Positions 35,258 through 45,192 of a DNA stretch of 64,000 bases are shown in pieces. The position numbers were made by a program, and so were the translations under genes. Position 1 is the first letter of the stretch. The number at the start of each line of letters is the position of its first letter. The notes beneath the pieces were generated by a model, which did no database searches, was not told the DNA's origin, and worked only from the letters and a program-made list of their open reading frames with translations. This DNA is from Bacteroidota bacterium. Lineage in GTDB: Bacteria > Bacteroidota > Bacteroidia > Palsa-965. The stretch is from the NCBI GenBank assembly GCA_013298545.1, contig JAAFIA010000002.1:50830-114829 (forward strand), in the 5' to 3' direction.

Positions 35258-36183
35258 TGGCCATAGACGAACAAACATACGAGCAGATAGATCGGTTCCT
35301 GCGGGGCGCGATGGATGCAAACGAACGTCTTGTGTTTGAGCAACGCCTGCGCGATGATGATGCTTTGCGCGATGAAGTTGAGTGGATGAAAAACATGTCT
35401 CAGGAAATGAAAAACATGGGCCGCGAAGTGTTGAAACGCCAAATTGCTGCAATTGGTGCGGCTGTTCCGGCAAAAGAATTGGCTAGCTATTCGCCAACAC
35501 AAAATGCCGTTGCGCCGCCAAAAACAAGCAGCATGAGTTGGTGGTGGGTCTTGGTCGTTGTTGGTGCAATTGGTGCTGCAATATTCTGGTATGTAAAAGA
35601 AACACGCCACGATAGCGAGTCTTCGTTCTTTCAATCGTCTGACGAACATCGTGCGCCCGAATTCATTTCCGGCGGCGAAATCAAACAAGGCGAATTGCCC
35701 GCTAGTGATACACCACGTTCAAGACCAATGGCAACAGATGCTGCTTCAGAAGATGGTTGTCCAGTACGTTTGCTAACTGTACAAAAAGCAAATAAATATG
35801 CATCGCTTGGAAAAGTTGAAAACTACGATCCTAATTTTATTTCTGTCGTTAACGATACGATTGTACGTGAATTCGACGATGGCGGTGGTGGTATAGATCG
35901 AAAATTGGTGCGCGATACGCAGTATAAAGAAGCGTATCAGGTGAAAATGGACGGCTCAAGCATTGCGGTACATTTCTGCGAAAAACAAACAGATGCCGTT
36001 TTTTACCGTTTCGATGATGCGCATTTGTATTTAGATTCCAGACTCACCGAAAAATCTGGGCTGGTCTTGCGCGATGGGGGCGACGGAAAACACGTGTTGT
36101 TGGAATTGCCAAACGGACTTACCTATCAGATTAAAAATGCAGGAAAAGGAGCAGCGGTGTTGTTGAACACAAGCAAAAAATAA
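35257..36183 (+). CDS. putative anti-sigma factor (single-pass membrane protein)
   Basis: A TAATG overlap links it to the sigma gene. The N-terminal helical region YEQIDRFLRGAMDANERLVFEQRL is followed by the TM segment WWWVLVVVGAIGAAIFWYV and an extracytoplasmic domain. Confidence 0.55.
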   Translation: MAIDEQTYEQIDRFLRGAMDANERLVFEQRLRDDDALRDEVEWMKNMSQEMKNMGREVLKRQIAAIGAAVPAKELASYSPTQNAVAPPKTSSMSWWWVLVVVGAIGAAIFWYVKETRHDSESSFFQSSDEHRAPEFISGGEIKQGELPASDTPRSRPMATDAASEDGCPVRLLTVQKANKYASLGKVENYDPNFISVVNDTIVREFDDGGGGIDRKLVRDTQYKEAYQVKMDGSSIAVHFCEKQTDAVFYRFDDAHLYLDSRLTEKSGLVLRDGGDGKHVLLELPNGLTYQIKNAGKGAAVLLNTSKK

Positions 36184-36208
36184 ACTGGGGAAATTTTCAG
36201 ATTAAAAA

Positions 36209-36380
36209 TCTCAAGTTCCAAGTTCCAAATGCGCAAACCTTATCCGCTAGGTTCAAAATCAATCTACTTTTGTGCTTGAGATTTGGAAATTGAGACTTGA
36301 GACTTGGAACTTGAGATTTGGAACTTGAGACTTGGAACTTGGAATCTTGAGCTTGGAATCTTGAGCCTTGAAACTTGAAA
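36209..36380. repeat. heptamer-based tandem repeat tract with an upstream inverted copy
   Basis: 36275-36380 holds about 15 consecutive CTTGRRA-type units (cttgaga cttggaa cttgaga tttggaa ...). 36209-36230 (tctcaagttccaagttccaaat) is the reverse complement of the same unit pair. Confidence 0.8.
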
Positions 36381-36433
36381 ATCGTATGTGTCCTTAAATC
36401 GAGCTACTCTGGAATCTGAGATTTTGAAATCTC

Positions 36434-36676
36434 CTAGCTTACCAAAGCTTCGTTCTCACTCAAGGGTTCTGCACCAACAATCTGATCGATATCGATGATG
36501 GTACCGAAAGATGCTCCTTGTGTTTGAAATTGGTTGCGTCGGAAACGTTCGCCAAGGCTAGCAAAGTAATACGAGCCATGTGTTTGTTCCCAGATTACGC
36601 CAAATACTTCTTGACCCGTCTTGAGTTTAAAGCGGCAAGGTTGATCGTTAATGGAAAGAAATTCGGTGCGCGTCAT
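36434..36676 (-). CDS. hypothetical small protein (80 aa)
   Basis: An ORF with ordinary composition. I recognised no motif. Confidence 0.4.
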   Translation of the reverse strand: MTRTEFLSINDQPCRFKLKTGQEVFGVIWEQTHGSYYFASLGERFRRNQFQTQGASFGTIIDIDQIVGAEPLSENEALVS

Positions 36677-36864
36677 GGCATCAGGGTTTTATCAAATTTC
36701 AGAAAGAAATTTCGGATATGCCCGTTTTTCCGATTCGTATTTATGAACATTCGGCGCGAGCTGTTAATAACAATTCACATCCCTCTTTTTTTGTTCATTT
36801 ATTGCTTTCGTTATCAATGTGTTCTGGCATAGTTTTATTTTCGTTTGCCGGAAAACATGCGCAT

Positions 36865-36897
36865 AAAAAAACCGCAAAGGAAATTTTTCCCTTGCGG
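36865..36897 (-). terminator. intrinsic terminator of the ferritin gene
   Basis: On the minus strand, CCGCAAGGG-loop-CCTTTGCGG (one mismatch) is followed by TTTTTTT. Confidence 0.65.
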
Positions 36898-36916
36898 TTT
36901 CTGTCTTAACTCGTTT

Positions 36917-37435
36917 TTATTTGGCCGTATCTGCCGCCTTTTCTGTCCCTGTCATTCCCTCCAAATCGCGGTCAAATAAATACAAGCCACCGCGCTCGCC
37001 ACCAATCAATTTCAATTTATCGAGAATACGACGGGCCAACGCCTCTTCTTCAATTTGTTCTGACACATACCACTGCAAGAAATTATGTGTGGTGTAATCG
37101 CGCTCCTTCAAGCAAATCTCGACCAAATTGTTGATTTCCGATGAAACCAAAATCTCGTGTTTTAAAATCTGTTCAAAAATAGCCTGAACCGATTTGAATG
37201 TCTTGGGTGGCGCCTTCAATGTTGGAACAACGCCATGCCCGCCGCGCTCATTGACAAACTTCATCAACTTGAGCATGTGCATGCGCTCCTCATCTGCATG
37301 TGTAAATAAAAATTGTGCTACGCCATTCAATCCCTGCGTTTCTGCCCAAGATGCCATAGCGAGATAATACTGCGAAGAAGAACCTTCCAACTCTATTTGT
37401 TGGTTCAGTGCGTTTTCTATTTTTGGTGATAACAT
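36917..37435 (-). CDS. ftnA: non-heme ferritin
   Basis: ATG at 37435. MLSPKIENALNQQIELEGSSSQYYLAMASW...ADEERMHMLKLMKF carries the ferroxidase-centre pattern. Confidence 0.85.
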   Translation of the reverse strand: MLSPKIENALNQQIELEGSSSQYYLAMASWAETQGLNGVAQFLFTHADEERMHMLKLMKFVNERGGHGVVPTLKAPPKTFKSVQAIFEQILKHEILVSSEINNLVEICLKERDYTTHNFLQWYVSEQIEEEALARRILDKLKLIGGERGGLYLFDRDLEGMTGTEKAADTAK

Positions 37436-37521
37436 GATCGTTCGTTTTAGTTGAAACAAATTTACATGGTATTTGGTTCTACTTTATGTATTTTTAAAAA
37501 ATCATTCTTAAAAACTATATC

Positions 37522-38232
37522 ATGAAAAAAATAATCCCCTTCGTTTTTGTGCTCTTTGCACTAAGCGCATGTAATGCTTCGCATAAACACAAAAAATACA
37601 GCTCCGGCAGCAGTGCCTATCGAAGTGCTTCTTCCGACAACCTTCAATCCGTAGGCGTCGAGTCTCGTGGCGGAAAACTTGCAGAATCCGAAGCGGTCAT
37701 CGTTTCTAACCGCATGATCAATTACTCAGCAAATGTATCGATCGAAGTAAAAAAACAGGCCGATACAACACTGGCACAAATTGGCCGCTTGGCAAAAGAA
37801 TTGGGCGGCTGGGTCGAATCGAGTAGTACCAACTATTGCCGCATTCGGGTGCGTTCCGAAAATTTTCAGAATGCCCTTACGCGCATCGAAACACTCGGAA
37901 AAGTAACCTCAAAAAATATTTATGCTGATGATGTAACCGAGCAACACGCCGACCTGAAAATGCGCCTCGAAAATGCCGAAAAAGCGCGCACACGTTACCT
38001 CGAATTGCTCGCAAAAGCACAAACCGTTGACGAAATGCTCAAAGTCGAAAAAGAACTCGAACGCATCAACCTTGTCATCGAACAATTAAAATCAAGCCTT
38101 GAACAAGTTGAAGAAAACAACCGCTATTCCCTTATTACCGTGTATGTGAAAGAAAAAACCAAACCCGGAATTGTGGGTTATGTGTTTGTTGGACTTTACA
38201 AAGGCGTAAAGTGGTTGTTTGTACGCAATTAA
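37522..38232 (+). CDS. lipoprotein with coiled-coil and C-terminal TM (DUF4349-like)
   Basis: Lipobox FVLFALSAC, a central helical region and the C-terminal hydrophobic segment GIVGYVFVGLYKGVKWLF. The family name is from memory. Confidence 0.55.
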   Translation: MKKIIPFVFVLFALSACNASHKHKKYSSGSSAYRSASSDNLQSVGVESRGGKLAESEAVIVSNRMINYSANVSIEVKKQADTTLAQIGRLAKELGGWVESSSTNYCRIRVRSENFQNALTRIETLGKVTSKNIYADDVTEQHADLKMRLENAEKARTRYLELLAKAQTVDEMLKVEKELERINLVIEQLKSSLEQVEENNRYSLITVYVKEKTKPGIVGYVFVGLYKGVKWLFVRN

Positions 38233-38334
38233 GAGCCTTTGAATCAAGCAACTCGTTTTTTTCGTCTTCAAAATTTGGAAGTTTGTATAAAGTCTTGCAC
38301 TTTTGATCGAAGTATCAAACTAAAACACTTTATT

Positions 38335-38928
38335 ATGAAAAACATTTTCTCTCTTTTGGTTGTGGCCGTGGCCGCTTTTGCCTTTACATCTTGCAGCACA
38401 GATCTGCGTGTCGAAAAACGCCGTTACAATGATGGCTGGTATGTTCATCATTCTTCAAACAAACAAACAGCACCTGCCGCTAAAGAAAGTCCTGTTGCAA
38501 CAACCGAAAATGCTGTTGTCGCACAAGACGAAACGGTTGCTTCTACTCCTGCTGAAACATCGGTTGCTCCCGCAACTACCAATCAGGAAACAACGACTGT
38601 TGCTGCTCCAACAACCTCAACCGAAAAAACAACGCTTGCTCAAACAGCAAAAAAACCGGAAGTAAAAACGGTTGCCGAAACAAAGACAAGTCCTGTAAAA
38701 AAAGCCGTTGCTAAAATTAAAAAAGTAAGCAAACAAAATACATCCGCTGCGGGCGACGATAAATTTATCCTCGCAGTTATCTTTGCAATCATTTTCCCAT
38801 GCATTGGTGTATTGATTTGGGAAGGCAACATCACCACACATTTTTGGATTGCTTTGTTGCTCACATTCCTCTTCTGGCTTCCAGGTATCATTTATGCGCT
38901 TCTTGTTGTAACAGGCAACATTGGCTAA
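38335..38928 (+). CDS. YqaE/Pmp3-family membrane domain fused to an N-terminal lipoprotein signal and a Thr/Ala-rich linker
   Basis: ATG at 38335 (MKNIFSLLVVAVAAFAFTSC). The low-complexity stretch APATTNQETTTVAAPTTSTEKTT precedes the C-terminal FILAVIFAIIFPCIGVLIW...WIALLLTFLFWLPGIIYALLVV. Confidence 0.65.
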   Translation: MKNIFSLLVVAVAAFAFTSCSTDLRVEKRRYNDGWYVHHSSNKQTAPAAKESPVATTENAVVAQDETVASTPAETSVAPATTNQETTTVAAPTTSTEKTTLAQTAKKPEVKTVAETKTSPVKKAVAKIKKVSKQNTSAAGDDKFILAVIFAIIFPCIGVLIWEGNITTHFWIALLLTFLFWLPGIIYALLVVTGNIG

Positions 38929-38944
38929 TTAACCCATAAATAAG

Positions 38945-38981
38945 AAAAGCGGCGCATTCATAACGAGTGCGCCGCTTTTTA
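38945..38981. terminator. bidirectional intrinsic terminator
   Basis: GCGGCGCA-11 nt-TGCGCCGC is flanked by AAAA on one side and TTTTT on the other, between convergent genes. Confidence 0.7.
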
Positions 38982-39012
38982 TTTCCTGCCGTTTTTGAAA
39001 CTGAGAACGTTC

Positions 39013-40395
39013 TTACCGAATTCCTTTCCGTTCTCTCCAGATTTGGTTGAACGATTTCTGTGCCACAACAGGCATTTCGCGCCGATCGCCCCACGATTTG
39101 CGGAAGAATTGGCGTAGCATAAAGTTTTTCAGTTTGGCTCCGCCTTTATCCATTTTACTCCGTTTCAACATCGCCCCTTTCCAGAAAAACCACATCACAT
39201 TCTCGGTTTTTGTAACCAAGCCTTCACTTATTGCATCGCGGCGGTTGTAAAGCAATAATTTGTGCACATCAATTTTTACAGGACACACTTCGGTGCATTT
39301 TCCACACAAAGAAGATGCGTGGCTCAAATGTTTCCACTCGTTCATGCCGCTTTGGTGTGGCGTAATCACCGCTCCAATCGGACCGCTGTATGTGGTGTTG
39401 TAAGCATGGCCGCCAACCGTTGTATAAACCGGACAAGCATTCAAGCAAGCGCCACAACGAATACAGCCCAATGCGCGACGCTGTTCTGTTTGTGCCAATA
39501 AATTACTGCGACCATTATCGAGCAAGATCAAAATCATTTCCTCTGGTCCATCCGTTTCGCCAGCTTGTCGTGGTCCGTTCAAAACCGTATTGTAAACCGT
39601 CAGTTGTTGGCCCGTTCCGTGTGTAGCCAAAAGCGGCCAAAACAAATCCAAATCGCTCAAGGAAGGAATTATTTTTTCGATGCCCGCCACCACAATGTGC
39701 AGTTTCGGAAATGCCATTGACATGAGTGCATTGCCTTCATTTTCGCTCACGGCCACGCCTCCTGTTTCGGCAATTAAAAAATTGGCACCGGTTATGCCGG
39801 CTTCTGCTTTCAAGTATTTCTCGCGGGTATGTTCGCGCACCCAAGCCATGACTTGTGCGGGCGAAAAATCTTCTGGCGTTCCTTTCTTTTCATGAAACAA
39901 TTTAGCCACATCTTCTTTCGATTTGTGCATGGCTGGCGTAACAATATGAAAAGGCGGCTCTTCGTCTAATTGCTGGATGTATTCGCCCAAATCGGTTTCT
40001 AGCGATTCGATATTTTCTTTTGCAAGACGTTGGTTCAGGTGAATTTCTTCCGTTACCATCGACTTCGATTTCACGACCGCCGTTGCATTTATTTTTTTCA
40101 GGGCCGCAACAACTTCATTCGCTGCCTCGTCGCCATCTTGCGCCCAAATTATTTTTCCACCCCGCTTGATAAAATTTGCTTCAAACTCAATCAAATACTT
40201 ATCTAAATTTTCGATCACTTTATTGCGTAGCGCAGCCGCACGCGTACGCGCCAGCTCCAAATTGCTGTATTGCAATTTTCCTTGGGCTACTTTTTTGTCG
40301 TACTGGCCAATGTTGAATTGCAGTTTTTTCCGAAGCTCCGGATCAAACGCATTTTTCTCGGCGGCAGCATAAAAGAGTGTGGCGCGATCGCTCAT
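39013..40395 (-). CDS. LutB/LldF-like iron-sulfur protein (LUD domain plus 2x[4Fe-4S])
   Basis: Two ferredoxin-type motifs, CIRCGACLNACPVY and CGKCTEVCPVKI. 460 aa. Confidence 0.8.
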   Translation of the reverse strand: MSDRATLFYAAAEKNAFDPELRKKLQFNIGQYDKKVAQGKLQYSNLELARTRAAALRNKVIENLDKYLIEFEANFIKRGGKIIWAQDGDEAANEVVAALKKINATAVVKSKSMVTEEIHLNQRLAKENIESLETDLGEYIQQLDEEPPFHIVTPAMHKSKEDVAKLFHEKKGTPEDFSPAQVMAWVREHTREKYLKAEAGITGANFLIAETGGVAVSENEGNALMSMAFPKLHIVVAGIEKIIPSLSDLDLFWPLLATHGTGQQLTVYNTVLNGPRQAGETDGPEEMILILLDNGRSNLLAQTEQRRALGCIRCGACLNACPVYTTVGGHAYNTTYSGPIGAVITPHQSGMNEWKHLSHASSLCGKCTEVCPVKIDVHKLLLYNRRDAISEGLVTKTENVMWFFWKGAMLKRSKMDKGGAKLKNFMLRQFFRKSWGDRREMPVVAQKSFNQIWRERKGIR

Positions 40396-40400
40396 AGGAT

Positions 40401-41981
40401 TTATTTTTTCTTGTCAGCTGTAATGCGTTTTTCGCGGTTGGCCAATTCCCAAGCCGTGTAAAAAACCAAGCGTGTTCGGCGTTCCATTAAGTTAAACGCA
40501 ATTTTTGAAATCTCGTCCGTTTCTTGGTGATAATCATCGTGAACACCATTGAAGAAAAACGCAACAGGAATATTTTTGCGCGCAAAATTGTAATGATCAG
40601 AACGGTAATAGAAAAAATTCGGATCGTCGGGCGCATCAAACCGATAATCCAGTTTGATTTGTGTAAAGCTGTTATTGGCTGTTTCCATAATTCCGCGCAA
40701 CTCACTACTCAACATTTCCGAACCAATCACATACACATAATTCGAGTCCTTGAGGTGTTCTTCATCCACGCGCCCAATCATATCAATATTCAAATCGCAG
40801 ATGGTATTCGCAAGCGGAAATACCGGATTTTCGGCATACCAACTCGAGCCTAACAATCCTTTTTCTTCGCCAGAAACCGCCATGAACAACATGCTTCTAC
40901 GCGGGCCGTGTCCATCTTTTTTCGCTTTTGCAAATGCCTCCGCCAATTCAATCACCGCAACCGTTCCAGAACCATCGTCATCTGCACCATTGTAAACAAG
41001 ACCATTGTGTTTTCCGAGGTGATCGTAATGCGCCGTAATGATGACTAGCTCATCTTTCAAATCGCTTCCTTCTAAGTAACCTAAAACATTTTCGGCCACT
41101 ACTTTTTGCGGAATACGATTAATAACCACCGAAAAATTGATTCCGCTACTGGTATGCCGCGCTGTTTTTTTCTTTTTCGCCATGCGTTTCATCAACGCAT
41201 CAATCGTATTTGTTGCCGAACCCTGTTTCAGTAGTTCATCAGCCATCGTTTTGCTGATGTAAATAACAACCATGCCCTTTTTCTCGTTTTTTTCCTTCGG
41301 CATGTCTAACCGCAACGTTGGCGACTCAATCGCATGGCGGTTATCCTCAAACGCTTTTTCGTATTCCGGCTGCACAATCAGCAATACCGAAGCACCCGAT
41401 TTACGTGCCTCATTTATTTTTAGACGGCGCTGCGTACTCCAATCCGATTTTTTAGTTGATCCTGTAAGCAACGAATTTCCTTTTTTGTCGAGCGGTTCGC
41501 CCGCAACAATCATCAACACCTTATCTTTTGCCGAAAAACTTGCACCATAATCACTGTATTTTTTATCGTTGATGCCGTAGCCCGCAAATACAAGCTCCGT
41601 AGCCTTTACATCTACATTTTCTGCACCAGCCGTGTAATAAAAATCTTTTCCAAACGCGAATGTTTTTTCGCCACACGAAACCATTCCCTCGCCAGCCGAA
41701 TAGCTCAACAGGTTAACGTTCTGATAATAACCACCCGTTTTTAATTCGGGGATTCCAAAAGACCGAAACTGATCTGCAATATAGGTTGCCGACATTTTCT
41801 GCCCTTTCTCGCCGGTTTCTCGACCTTCGTAGTCATCCGAAGCCAATACGCTTAAGTGTTTGCGTAAATCGGCTGCAGTAACCGTATCGCCATACGTTTT
41901 GCGCGAACTATCTGGCGCCATCGCAACCAGAAAAAACAAACCGGAAAATCCGGCGACACGAAGAATTGATGCTCTTTTCAT
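40401..41981 (-). CDS. M28-family aminopeptidase with PA domain
   Basis: ATG at 41981 with a signal sequence. Motifs ITAHYDHLG, GADDDGSGTVAVIELAEAF and FMAVSGEEKGLLGS. Confidence 0.85.
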   Translation of the reverse strand: MKRASILRVAGFSGLFFLVAMAPDSSRKTYGDTVTAADLRKHLSVLASDDYEGRETGEKGQKMSATYIADQFRSFGIPELKTGGYYQNVNLLSYSAGEGMVSCGEKTFAFGKDFYYTAGAENVDVKATELVFAGYGINDKKYSDYGASFSAKDKVLMIVAGEPLDKKGNSLLTGSTKKSDWSTQRRLKINEARKSGASVLLIVQPEYEKAFEDNRHAIESPTLRLDMPKEKNEKKGMVVIYISKTMADELLKQGSATNTIDALMKRMAKKKKTARHTSSGINFSVVINRIPQKVVAENVLGYLEGSDLKDELVIITAHYDHLGKHNGLVYNGADDDGSGTVAVIELAEAFAKAKKDGHGPRRSMLFMAVSGEEKGLLGSSWYAENPVFPLANTICDLNIDMIGRVDEEHLKDSNYVYVIGSEMLSSELRGIMETANNSFTQIKLDYRFDAPDDPNFFYYRSDHYNFARKNIPVAFFFNGVHDDYHQETDEISKIAFNLMERRTRLVFYTAWELANREKRITADKKK

Positions 41982-42059
41982 ATTCAGGATATAAACAAAG
42001 GTAATTCCCGACAAACACCCAACAGACTACTTGAAAAGAGTTTATGCACAAAACCCCTG

Positions 42060-43013
42060 TTAATTCTTCACAAACCGAAGCAACTCGTATTCATAAGCAC
42101 TCGAAAAAATACGGATGGTATAATCACCTGGCTTCAAAATGTATTGATTGAGCGGAAATTGAAGTGCTGCTACCGATTCTGATTTTTGTAAAAACAATTC
42201 GCCTTCGGCGGTATAAATTTCAATGGTATATGTTTTTCCTCCCCTTACCTGCAAGGTGTTTGTGCTGTCTATGGCTGCCTTTAATGTTGTTGTTTCGGGT
42301 TTCATTTTAAGCGAATGGAGCAAGACATAAACATCATACGAAATTTGTTTTTTTGATTTGCTGAACCAGCCGTAATGATTGAAAACAACACCATCGGGAC
42401 GAATCAGGTAAGCACTATTCGGTGCAGGACCAAAATGGGTTAAGTATTCATTGCAAACACCATCGAGCAATACCGGAATGGTTAACGATTTTGCCGCAAT
42501 CAATTCTTTTGCCTGTTCTTTACGATTACCATACGTTTTATGCTGCTCGCAAGCAATTTTATCTTTTCTATTTTCTTTTGGAATAATAATAGAATCGTAA
42601 TAAGGACAAACATCGGGAGCATTTGGATGCGCTTCGAGGGTGTAGATAAAAAAGATATTCAACTGATTTCCATAATTGCTCAAGATGAAAGGCAAAATAG
42701 CATCCAGCCCATCGCGCGTGGGCGGACAAGAATAACTTCCAGAAATCAAGAGAATCGGTTTTCCCTCTGCACAGACTTGGCTCAAGCGAACAGGTTTTCC
42801 AGCCGTATCAAACAAGGTAAAATCGGGAACCGTATCGAGAATATGAAAACCTGATTTTACATATTTATTACTGGCATCCTGATACGACTGAAAAGTACAG
42901 ATACGACTGGTGTCTGCTGGCAATTTACCCGATGAAATATTTTCCTTTAAACGAACCTGAGCCGTTAAAGCAGTTTGAAGAAATAGAAAACAAACAACGG
43001 CAAGTTTATACAT
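42060..43013 (-). CDS. secreted thioredoxin-fold protein (redoxin / deiodinase-like)
   Basis: Signal peptide MYKLAVVCFLFLQTALTAQ. VPDFTLFDTAGKPVRLSQV...ILLISGSYSCPP resembles redoxin or deiodinase-like active-site context. The C-terminal beta-rich tail may be a sorting domain. Confidence 0.45.
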   Translation of the reverse strand: MYKLAVVCFLFLQTALTAQVRLKENISSGKLPADTSRICTFQSYQDASNKYVKSGFHILDTVPDFTLFDTAGKPVRLSQVCAEGKPILLISGSYSCPPTRDGLDAILPFILSNYGNQLNIFFIYTLEAHPNAPDVCPYYDSIIIPKENRKDKIACEQHKTYGNRKEQAKELIAAKSLTIPVLLDGVCNEYLTHFGPAPNSAYLIRPDGVVFNHYGWFSKSKKQISYDVYVLLHSLKMKPETTTLKAAIDSTNTLQVRGGKTYTIEIYTAEGELFLQKSESVAALQFPLNQYILKPGDYTIRIFSSAYEYELLRFVKN

Positions 43014-43026
43014 GAAACCGTTTGTT

Positions 43027-43692
43027 TTAAGAAGAACGTTTCATTGTTTTTACACCAATAGCTGTTCCCAACAACAAAACATCAGCACCCCGATTAGCAA
43101 ATAACCCGTTAGTAACAACACCTGTAATTTGATTGATTGCAGTTTCAAGATCAACAGGATCAATAATTTTTAAACCATGTACATCGAGAATGATATTGCC
43201 ATTATCTGTGATGAATCCTTCGCGCAAACGTACATCACCACCCAAGTTAGCGAGCTGACCTGCCACCTGCTTTTCGGCCATTGGAATAACTTCTACGGGC
43301 AAAGGAAATGTACCAAGTGTTTGCACCAGCTTCGATTCATCGGCAATACAAATAAACTGATCAGCCACTGCAGCAACAATTTTTTCGCGCGTTAATGCAC
43401 CGCCACCACCTTTAATCATCGAAAAACCACCATCTATTTCATCAGCACCATCGACATATACACTCAACCGATCAACACTGTTTAGGTCAATGACTTCTAT
43501 GCCATACTGTTGCAAACGTTCTGTACTCTTTACCGAGCTAGAAACAGCACCTTTTATCGTATCTTTAACCGTTGCTAAAGCATCGATAAAATGATTGACG
43601 GTAGAACCTGTTCCCACGCCAATCCATTCGCCGTTCTTTACATACTTAAGTGCTTCGTAGCCTACCGCCTTTTTTAGTTCGTCTTGTGTCAT
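43027..43692 (-). CDS. rpiA: ribose-5-phosphate isomerase A
   Basis: Motifs [17 protein letters not shown] and [11 protein letters not shown]. 221 aa. Confidence 0.9.
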   Translation of the reverse strand: MTQDELKKAVGYEALKYVKNGEWIGVGTGSTVNHFIDALATVKDTIKGAVSSSVKSTERLQQYGIEVIDLNSVDRLSVYVDGADEIDGGFSMIKGGGGALTREKIVAAVADQFICIADESKLVQTLGTFPLPVEVIPMAEKQVAGQLANLGGDVRLREGFITDNGNIILDVHGLKIIDPVDLETAINQITGVVTNGLFANRGADVLLLGTAIGVKTMKRSS

Positions 43693-44202
43693 TGTTTTAA
43701 AGATTGAATGACAAAGGTATTGGTTTACGCAATTACGAAACAGTTAGCAGGAAAACAAGCTGTGTTAGAAAAAACGAATCTTGATAATCAGCCTTTTATG
43801 AAACCAGTTTTCAACAGGTTTTATGTTAAAAAGCGCGTTATCCTGTTATTAACTTGCTGTAAATAAAGTTAGGTTTTTACAACACGAATTCTTCTTATTG
43901 AAGTTTCTGAATAATCCTAGTTCTGTTAAAAAAAACATAGGCATGAAAAATGAACAGAAATTCACACGAACTTTACCTCAAATTCAATCAACGATTCGCT
44001 GTTCAAACAGTTATACAGTAAAAGTGAATAAGTCTGCTAAAAATTGAAATTCAGTTCTTTAACTTAAAAACAATTGTTCATAACCTGTGAATCAGATTTC
44101 ACAAGCAAAGAATCCTAGCATTTTAAAAAGAACTTGTGAACCAAACTAACACGCTAATAGTAATAGTAAATATTAAAGAATATTAAATAAAGAATATATA
44201 AT

Positions 44203-45189
44203 ATGAATCCAACACTGCTTGAAAAAGGATGGTTAGAGATCATGCCAGATCCTACGCTTGATTTGTTTGCCGAACTCGAAAAACTTAAAAAAGAAAAAAA
44301 CGCCATTTTACTCGCCCATTACTACCAAGATGGCGATATTCAGGACGTTGCCGATTTTATTGGCGATAGTTTAGGTTTAGCACAACAAGCCGAAAAGACA
44401 AAAGCCGATATAATTGTGTTTGCTGGCGTTCATTTTATGGCCGAAACCGCTAAAATCCTCAATCCGAATAAAAAAGTCCTTCTTCCCGATTTAAAAGCTG
44501 GCTGTTCTTTGGCCGATTCGTGCCCTCCCGATTCATTTGCGGCGTTTAAAGCACAGCACCCAGACCATCTGGTCATCTCGTACATCAACTGCACGGCAGA
44601 CATTAAAGCCTTGAGCGATATTATTTGCACATCGAGCAATGCCGTTCAAATTGTGAATAGCTTACCGAAAGAGCAAAAAATCATTTTTGCTCCAGATAAA
44701 AATTTAGGGCGTTATGTGGCCCAACAAACTGGACGCAACTTGGTACTTTGGGATGGTTCGTGCATGGTTCATGAAATTTTCTCCCTCGAAAAGATTGTGC
44801 GTTTGAAACAACAACACCCCGAAGCAAAATTCATTGCACATCCTGAATGCGAAGCACCTATTCTTGAATTGGCCGATTATATTGGATCAACAACGGCTTT
44901 GTTGAATTACACGAAAAAAGACAGCGCAACTTCATTTATTGTGGCTACCGAAACGGGTATTTTACACCAGATGGAAAAATCGTCGCCCAACAAAACATTT
45001 ATTCCTGCGCCGCCAAATAATAACTGTGCTTGCAACGATTGTCCGCACATGAAGTTGAATACCCTCGAAAAATTGTATATTTGTTTGAAGCACGAAGCTC
45101 CCGAAATAACCATGGAAGCTTCCTTGATCGAAGCATCGGCAAGGCCCATACGCTGTATGTTAGAACTTTCGGCTTCGTTTGGTCTTTAA
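44203..45189 (+). CDS. nadA: quinolinate synthase NadA
   Basis: Motifs [21 protein letters not shown] and CSLADSC, with conserved Cys positions. 328 aa. Confidence 0.9.
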   Translation: MNPTLLEKGWLEIMPDPTLDLFAELEKLKKEKNAILLAHYYQDGDIQDVADFIGDSLGLAQQAEKTKADIIVFAGVHFMAETAKILNPNKKVLLPDLKAGCSLADSCPPDSFAAFKAQHPDHLVISYINCTADIKALSDIICTSSNAVQIVNSLPKEQKIIFAPDKNLGRYVAQQTGRNLVLWDGSCMVHEIFSLEKIVRLKQQHPEAKFIAHPECEAPILELADYIGSTTALLNYTKKDSATSFIVATETGILHQMEKSSPNKTFIPAPPNNNCACNDCPHMKLNTLEKLYICLKHEAPEITMEASLIEASARPIRCMLELSASFGL

Positions 45190-45192
45190 AAT

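Noticed and set aside
36275-36380. Could the repeat tract be a CRISPR array?
   Set aside because: The units are 7 nt, contiguous and degenerate, with no spacers. No cas genes are present in the window.
39013-40395. LutB-like gene without adjacent lutA/lutC as a possible oddity
   Set aside because: The partner genes may simply lie elsewhere in the genome. Nothing in the sequence itself is unusual.
44086-44103. CRP/FNR-type site TGTGA...TCACA upstream of nadA
   Set aside because: The spacing is N8 between the TGTGA and TCACA half-sites, whereas CRP uses N6. It is a single occurrence, so I kept it only as a detail of the long leader finding.
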